From the NCBI GenBank assembly GCA_027340875.1, contig DAIENX010000080.1, positions 1 to 11,758 of the forward strand: a DNA stretch of 11,758 nt, read 5' to 3'. Numbering within the stretch: position 1 is the first letter of the stretch; every line of letters begins with the position of its first letter. Positions 6,813 through 11,758 of this stretch are shown here, piece after piece. Position numbers and translations under genes: made by a program. This DNA is from Elusimicrobiota bacterium (GTDB lineage Bacteria > Elusimicrobiota > Elusimicrobia > Elusimicrobiales > UBA9959). The notes under the pieces are model-generated. The model was not told the DNA's origin. It did not search any database and worked only from the letters and a program-made list of their open reading frames with translations.

Positions 6813-9800
6813 AGGCTTCCGCCCCGCTTGCCGCCCAGGACCCGCTCTGGTACAAGGACGCGGTCATCTACGAGCTGCACGTAAAGTCCTTCAGCGACAG
6901 CAACGCCGACGGCATAGGCGACTTCCCCGGCCTGACGGCAAGGCTGCCCTACCTCAAGAGCCTGGGCGTCACGGCCCTCTGGCTGCTGCCTTTCTACCCG
7001 TCCCCGCTCAAGGACGACGGCTACGACATCTCGGACTACTTCGACATCAACCCGGACTACGGGACGATGGCCGACTTCAGGGATTTCCTGAAGGAGGCCA
7101 GCAGGCTGGGCCTGCGGGTGATCACGGAGCTGGTGGTCAACCATACCTCGGACCAGCACCCCTGGTTCAAGCGGGCCCGCGCCGCGCAGCCCGGCTCCTC
7201 GGCCCGCGATTTCTACGTCTGGAACGACAGTCCGGAGAAGTACAAGGACGCCAGGGTGATCTTCAAGGACTTCGAGTCCTCCAACTGGACCTGGGACCCG
7301 GCGGCCAAGGCCTATTACTGGCACCGCTTCTACCACCACCAGCCCGACCTGAACTTCGATAATCCCGCGGTGCAGAAGGAGCTGTTCAAGGTCGTGGACT
7401 TCTGGCTCGGAATGGGGGTGGACGGCATGCGCCTCGACGCCGTCCCGTATCTCTACGAGGAGGAGGGGACGAACTGCGAGAACCTGCCGCAGACGCACGC
7501 CTTCCTGAAGAAGCTCCGCGCTCACGTCGACTCCAGGTTCAAGGGCCGGATGCTGCTCTGCGAGGCCAACCAGTGGCCGGAGGACGCGGCCGCCTATTTC
7601 GGCGCCGGCGACGAGTGCAACATGGCCTTCCATTTCCCGGTCATGCCCAGGCTTTTCATGTCGCTCTGGATGGAGGACAGCTTCCCCGTAACGGACATCC
7701 TGGACCAGACCCCGGTCATACCGGAGTCCTGCCAGTGGGCCGTCTTCCTCCGAAACCACGACGAGCTGACGCTGGAGATGGTCACCGACGAAGAGCGGGA
7801 CTACATGTACAAGGTCTACGCGCGCGACGCCAAGGCCCGCATCAACCTGGGCATCAGGCGGCGCCTGGCCCCGCTGCTCGGCAACAACCGCAGGAAGATA
7901 GAGCTGATGAACATTCTGCTGTTCTCGCTCCCGGGCACGCCGGTGCTGTATTACGGCGACGAGATAGGGATGGGGGACAACTTCTACCTGGGCGACCGCA
8001 ACGGCGTGCGGACGCCCATGCAGTGGAGCCCGGACCGCAACGCCGGCTTCTCGAAAGCCAACCCCCAGAAGCTGTTCCTGCCGGTAGTCACCGACCCGGA
8101 ATACCACTACGAGGCCGTCAACGTCGAGAGCCACGAGGGCAACCTTTCCTCCCTGCTGTGGTGGATGAAGCGCGTCATCGCGATGCGCGAGGACTACAAG
8201 TCCTTCGGCCGCGGCACCTTCGAGCCCGTGCGCTCCAGCAATCCCAAGGTACTGGCCTTCACGCGCCGCTACGGCGACGAGATAATGCTGGTCGTCGCCA
8301 ACCTTTCCCGCTTCTCCCAGTCCGCTTCGCTCGACCTCTCCAGGTACGCCGGCTATACTCCGGTGGAGGTGTTCGGCGGACACAAGTTCCCGGCCATCGC
8401 CGACAAGCCCTACCAGCTCACTCCCGGCTTCCACAACTATTACTGGTTCCGGCTGATGAAGGGCTCGGGGCCGGTCCAGACCGGGCCGAAAGCCCTGCCG
8501 GAGCTGAGCTTTCCCGGAGATGACTGGGCCTCGTTCGTCTCCGGACGGCGCGTCTCGTCGCTGGACCAGGCCCTGGAGGAATACCTCCGGCGCGGCGGAC
8601 CGCCGCAGTACGACGCGGAAGGACTGCGGAGCGCCGCCGTTTCGGACCTGTTCCCGCTGCCCTCCGGCGCGGCACTGGCCACTCTCTCCGCCTATCACCC
8701 GCAGGGCCGTTCCGAGACGCTGCTGCTGCCGCTGCGCTTCGTCACCGGGGCAGCCGCGGAAGAGGCCGCGCGCAGGCGCCCGGAACTGGTGGTCGCGGCG
8801 GCGACCTTCTCCGGAGAGAAAGGGCTCGTCGTGGACGCGCTCTACGACCCGGTCTTCCACGCGGACCTGCTGTCCCTGTTCATCTCGCGCAGGCGCGCCC
8901 GCTGCGGCAAGGGGGAACTGAGGGCTATCGCCTCGCCGCTGTTCCGCCGGTCGCTGGACACCAACCCCATGCCGGCGGATTCCAAAGTATTGAAGTCCGG
9001 CCCCAACGGCGCTACCATCCTTTACGGCTCCCACTACGTCCTGCGCTTCTGCCACCGTCTTGAGGAGGGCCCCAGCCCGGACCTCGAGCTCGGCCTGCGG
9101 ATGACCGAGGCCGGCGAGCAGGGTGCACCCGTCACTTTCGGCTCGCTGAACCTGAGCCGGGCCGGAAAGTTCCACGGCACCCTTGCGGTGCTCCGTTCCT
9201 TCGTTCCCAACCAGGGAAGCGCCTGGACCCTGATGCTGAACGAAGTATCGAAGTTCTACGAGGCCACACAGTCGGCGCCGCCCGCTGGCACGCCGCCGCC
9301 GCTCCCCGCTGCCGGACCACTCGAGATCAAGGACATCCCGGCGGTCCTTACCGCGGCTTCCGGCGCCGTGGCTTTCGAGATGGCGTCCATGCTGGGGCAC
9401 CGCCTCGGTAAGGTGCACACCGCGCTGGCCGCGGGCGCCGACCCGGAATTCGCCCCGGAGCCTTTCTCCAGGCTCTACCAGCGCTCGGTCTACCAGTCCC
9501 TAGCGGGTCACGCCAAGAAGTCGCTGCTGGCGGTTTCCGCGCGCCTGCAGGGAACCGCCCCGGAAACCGCGGAGGACATCTCCGCAGTGCTGGCCGGCCA
9601 GCAGAAGCTGCTGCGCCTGGCCCAGCGCCTCAACGAGCGGAAGTTCGCGGCCCGGAAGATACGGATACACGGCAACTGCACGCTGAAGCAGGCGCTGTTC
9701 ACCGGCAAGGACTTCGTCTTCACGGACTTCGAGGGCGACCCGGCCCGGGCCTTCGGCGAGCGCCGCATCAAGCGCTCGCCGCTGCGCGACGCGGCCTCGA

Positions 9801-10114
9801 TGCTGTTCTCTTTCTACTACGCCGCTCACGCGCCTTTCCTGCTGCCCGGAGGGATCCCTAGGAAGGAGCTGGAGGCCCTCGGCCCCTGGCTCAGGCTGTG
9901 GTACGCCTGCGCCGCCGGCTCCTTCCTGCGCGGCTACTGCCACGCCACCGGAGATATGCAGCTCCTGCCGCCCGACTGCGGCGACGCGATGCTGCTGCTG
10001 GATATATTCCTGGCCGAGAGGGCCGTTCAGGCCCTGCCCGAGGAGATGGCAGCAAGGCCCGACTGGGCTTTCGTTCCCGCCAGGCTTCTGCGCGAGCTGA
10101 TGGAAAGGGCCTGA
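6809..10114 (+). CDS. treS: Trehalose synthase / maltose alpha-D-glucosyltransferase (GH13) fused to a degenerate maltokinase (Mak/Pep2)-like domain, 1101 aa
   Basis: N-terminal ~550 aa: WYKDAVIYE, DDGYDISD, ELVVNHTSDQHPWF, catalytic RLDAVPYL / EANQWP / FLRNHDELTLE, INLGIRRRLAPL, DRNGVRTPMQW. C-terminal half: RIHG...DFEG.P...RRIKRSPLRD.ASML.SF.YAA, typical of Mak. The GTG start overlaps the malQ stop (GTGA). Confidence 0.95.
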   Translation: MKASAPLAAQDPLWYKDAVIYELHVKSFSDSNADGIGDFPGLTARLPYLKSLGVTALWLLPFYPSPLKDDGYDISDYFDINPDYGTMADFRDFLKEASRLGLRVITELVVNHTSDQHPWFKRARAAQPGSSARDFYVWNDSPEKYKDARVIFKDFESSNWTWDPAAKAYYWHRFYHHQPDLNFDNPAVQKELFKVVDFWLGMGVDGMRLDAVPYLYEEEGTNCENLPQTHAFLKKLRAHVDSRFKGRMLLCEANQWPEDAAAYFGAGDECNMAFHFPVMPRLFMSLWMEDSFPVTDILDQTPVIPESCQWAVFLRNHDELTLEMVTDEERDYMYKVYARDAKARINLGIRRRLAPLLGNNRRKIELMNILLFSLPGTPVLYYGDEIGMGDNFYLGDRNGVRTPMQWSPDRNAGFSKANPQKLFLPVVTDPEYHYEAVNVESHEGNLSSLLWWMKRVIAMREDYKSFGRGTFEPVRSSNPKVLAFTRRYGDEIMLVVANLSRFSQSASLDLSRYAGYTPVEVFGGHKFPAIADKPYQLTPGFHNYYWFRLMKGSGPVQTGPKALPELSFPGDDWASFVSGRRVSSLDQALEEYLRRGGPPQYDAEGLRSAAVSDLFPLPSGAALATLSAYHPQGRSETLLLPLRFVTGAAAEEAARRRPELVVAAATFSGEKGLVVDALYDPVFHADLLSLFISRRRARCGKGELRAIASPLFRRSLDTNPMPADSKVLKSGPNGATILYGSHYVLRFCHRLEEGPSPDLELGLRMTEAGEQGAPVTFGSLNLSRAGKFHGTLAVLRSFVPNQGSAWTLMLNEVSKFYEATQSAPPAGTPPPLPAAGPLEIKDIPAVLTAASGAVAFEMASMLGHRLGKVHTALAAGADPEFAPEPFSRLYQRSVYQSLAGHAKKSLLAVSARLQGTAPETAEDISAVLAGQQKLLRLAQRLNERKFAARKIRIHGNCTLKQALFTGKDFVFTDFEGDPARAFGERRIKRSPLRDAASMLFSFYYAAHAPFLLPGGIPRKELEALGPWLRLWYACAAGSFLRGYCHATGDMQLLPPDCGDAMLLLDIFLAERAVQALPEEMAARPDWAFVPARLLRELMERA

Positions 10115-10125
10115 CGGACCCGCCT

Positions 10126-10169
10126 GAAGAGAAGAGGCCGGCTCCCGGGAGCCGGCCTCTTTTCTCTTC
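10126..10169. terminator. Bidirectional terminator hairpin between convergent treS and the CLC gene
   Basis: Perfect 30-bp palindrome AAGAGGCCGGCTCCC|GGGAGCCGGCCTCTT (10132-10161), extended by GAAGAG/CTCTTC, with pyrimidine/U-rich tails on both strands. Confidence 0.85.
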
Positions 10170-10180
10170 TGGGCAGCGCG

Positions 10181-11539
10181 TCAGCGCCTCAGGCTGTTGA
10201 CGGCGTCGTCCACCTTCTGTATGAACCTTATGGCGAGCGCGGCGAGGCCGCCGGGCCTGGGGGAATAGGTGGAGCGCATCTGCTGGAGCTCCTTGCCCAG
10301 TTCGCCTTTCACCGACTCCGACTTCATCATGGACAGTACCTGGGACGGGTATACGCTGCGGTTGCCCGTCATCAGGAAGCTTATGACGCAGGCGACCGTA
10401 GCGTACGGGGCGACCGCGGGGCCGAAGAGCTCCACGGCCATGATGCTGGCGGCTATCGGTGTGTTCGCCGCACCAGCCAGGACCGCCGTCATGCCTATGG
10501 CCGCGAATGTAGCGTGGTCCAGGTGCAGCAGACCGGCGTACAGGCTGCCGGCGGTCGTACCGACGAAGAAGACCGGAGTGATTATGCCGCCGCTGCCGCC
10601 GAAGCTCAGCGTTATACCGGTGAAGACCGACTTCATTATGAAGTCGTACCAGTGGGCCGGAGCGCCCATCAGCGAGTCCTCTATCACGTCCAGGCCGAGG
10701 CCTAGGTAGCGCTTGGTGACCAGCAGCGTAAGCGCCACTATGACGGTGCCGCCTATCAGGCCGCGATAAGGTTCCCAGATCTTAATGTCGTGGGCCTTCT
10801 TCTCGAAATAGCTCACGGTCTCGATAAGTATCATCGCCGCCAGGCCGCAGAACACGCCGGCGAACATGACCTTCAGCATGAAGGTCTCGGAAAAGACGGG
10901 GATGAACTTAAGCGGACGGTAAAAATAGGATACGCCCATAGCGGCCGATATCTGGTAGGCGGTGATGCCCGAGATGAAGGAGGGCAGCAGCACCTCGTAC
11001 AGGATGGAGCCCACGAACAGCACCTCGACGCCGAATATGGCCCCGGCTATCGGGGTACCGAAGACGGCCGCGAAGCCGGCGCTGATGCCGCAGATGACCA
11101 GTTTCTGCCTATCATGGTCGTTGAACTGGAACAGCTGGCTGAAGGCCGAGGTTATGCCGGCCCCTATCTGAGCGCAGGGACCTTCCTTGCCGGCCGAGCC
11201 TCCGAGAGCCAGGGTTATCAGCGTGGCGACCAGCTTCACGGGCACTACCGCCAGCGGTATGCGGCCGGCGCGGCGGTGTATGGATTCTATCACTTTCTCT
11301 GTGCCGTGGCCCTTGGCCTCCGGGGCCAGATATTTCACCAGCGCGGCGCTGGCGAACATGGCTACAGGGAGCAGCAGATAGTAATATTCCCAGCCGGAGG
11401 CCCAGTCGGAGGTTATGCGCAGGTACTTCAGGAACAGCGCGGTGGGGAAACCGACTATGGTGCCGGCCAAAGTCGCCAGGAAGACCCACTTTACTATGCT
11501 TATGAAGAGGAGGGTCGACTCTGTTATGTGCGTTTTCAT
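10181..11539 (-). CDS. CLC-family (voltage-gated chloride channel family) anion transporter without CBS domains, about 452 aa
   Basis: GGSAGKEGP, GISAGFAAVFGTPIAG, GGSGGIITP.F..G, AGAANTPIA...ELFG and SVY.SQ. Start at ATG 11539, preceded by AGGAAG and a good promoter. Confidence 0.93.
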   Translation of the reverse strand: MKTHITESTLLFISIVKWVFLATLAGTIVGFPTALFLKYLRITSDWASGWEYYYLLLPVAMFASAALVKYLAPEAKGHGTEKVIESIHRRAGRIPLAVVPVKLVATLITLALGGSAGKEGPCAQIGAGITSAFSQLFQFNDHDRQKLVICGISAGFAAVFGTPIAGAIFGVEVLFVGSILYEVLLPSFISGITAYQISAAMGVSYFYRPLKFIPVFSETFMLKVMFAGVFCGLAAMILIETVSYFEKKAHDIKIWEPYRGLIGGTVIVALTLLVTKRYLGLGLDVIEDSLMGAPAHWYDFIMKSVFTGITLSFGGSGGIITPVFFVGTTAGSLYAGLLHLDHATFAAIGMTAVLAGAANTPIAASIMAVELFGPAVAPYATVACVISFLMTGNRSVYPSQVLSMMKSESVKGELGKELQQMRSTYSPRPGGLAALAIRFIQKVDDAVNSLRR

Positions 11540-11555
11540 CTGCAGCTTCCTATAT

Positions 11556-11584
11556 AAGTTATCAAATTCCCGCCGCATATGCAA
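11556..11584 (-). promoter_or_regulatory. Putative sigma70 promoter for the CLC gene
   Basis: Minus strand reads TTGCAT-N17-TAACTT, with TGn before the -10, ending 16 nt before the ATG. Confidence 0.6.
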
Positions 11585-11624
11585 AAGCCCGTCCGGGCAT
11601 GCGGCATGGGGCCGCGGCCGCTAT

Positions 11625-11653
11625 TTGTCTTTCAAGGGGGTTTTTGATATACT
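11625..11653 (+). promoter_or_regulatory. Putative strong sigma70 promoter pointing out of the right edge of the window
   Basis: TTGTCT(11625-11630)-N17-TATACT(11648-11653) with an extended -10 TG at 11645-11646. Confidence 0.7.
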
Positions 11654-11667
11654 TTTCCCGACAACCC

Positions 11668-11740
11668 GAAGGCCGCAGGCCCCCGGGGGTGCCCCGGTGG
11701 CTGCCGCGGGGCAGGGAATCAGGGGGCTGCGAGGGCTTTC
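11668..11740 (+). other. Long irregular RNA hairpin right after the predicted transcription start (structured leader or unidentified small RNA)
   Basis: Nested pairings: GAAGGCC/GGCTTTC, GCAG/CTGC, CCCCC/GGGGG, TGCCCC/GGGGCA and GTGG/CCGC. Confidence 0.35.
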
Positions 11741-11758
11741 TAGCTCCAAACGCCTTTC

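Noticed and set aside
6656..9418. 920-aa antisense ORF opposite treS
   Set aside because: Shadow ORF produced by the GC-rich codon bias of the real gene. It has no recognisable motifs and is fully overlapped by malQ/treS.
11688..11730. Cobalamin riboswitch-like start (GGTGCCCC...GGGGC-AGGGAA)
   Set aside because: The expected GGTGxAAxTCC T-loop hairpin and GCxACTG box do not follow within the visible sequence.
11540..11758. Fluoride (crcB) riboswitch upstream of the CLC-F-like gene
   Set aside because: No GGCGATGG...TGATG-type motif on the minus strand, and the predicted promoter leaves only a ~10-nt leader.
1..11758. CRISPR array, IS/transposase, integrase, tRNA/rRNA
   Set aside because: No regularly spaced repeats, terminal inverted repeats with a transposase, or RNA gene signatures were seen.

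Overview
GC-rich bacterial chromosomal window containing a trehalose/alpha-glucan gene cluster. In order: the 3' part of pgi (+); a bidirectional terminator; a cation:proton antiporter (-); a short AT-rich divergent promoter island; then, on +, otsA-like, otsB, malQ and a treS-maltokinase-like fusion; a second palindromic bidirectional terminator; a CLC-family anion transporter (-); and divergent sigma70-type promoters, one leading into a structured RNA at the right edge. The main observation is that the trehalose-6-phosphate synthase has a complete receptor-like N-terminus (TM1, extracytoplasmic Cache/PAS-like domain, TM2, HAMP, coiled helix) fused to an intact GT20 catalytic domain. This suggests a membrane-anchored, signal-gated biosynthetic enzyme. 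Second, the maltokinase half of the TreS fusion has lost its kinase catalytic residues and looks like a pseudokinase. Third, the flanking CLC and CPA transporters have non-canonical selectivity/coupling motifs. All calls come from motif recognition by eye; no database searches were run. No mobile elements, CRISPR arrays, tRNAs or rRNAs were seen.
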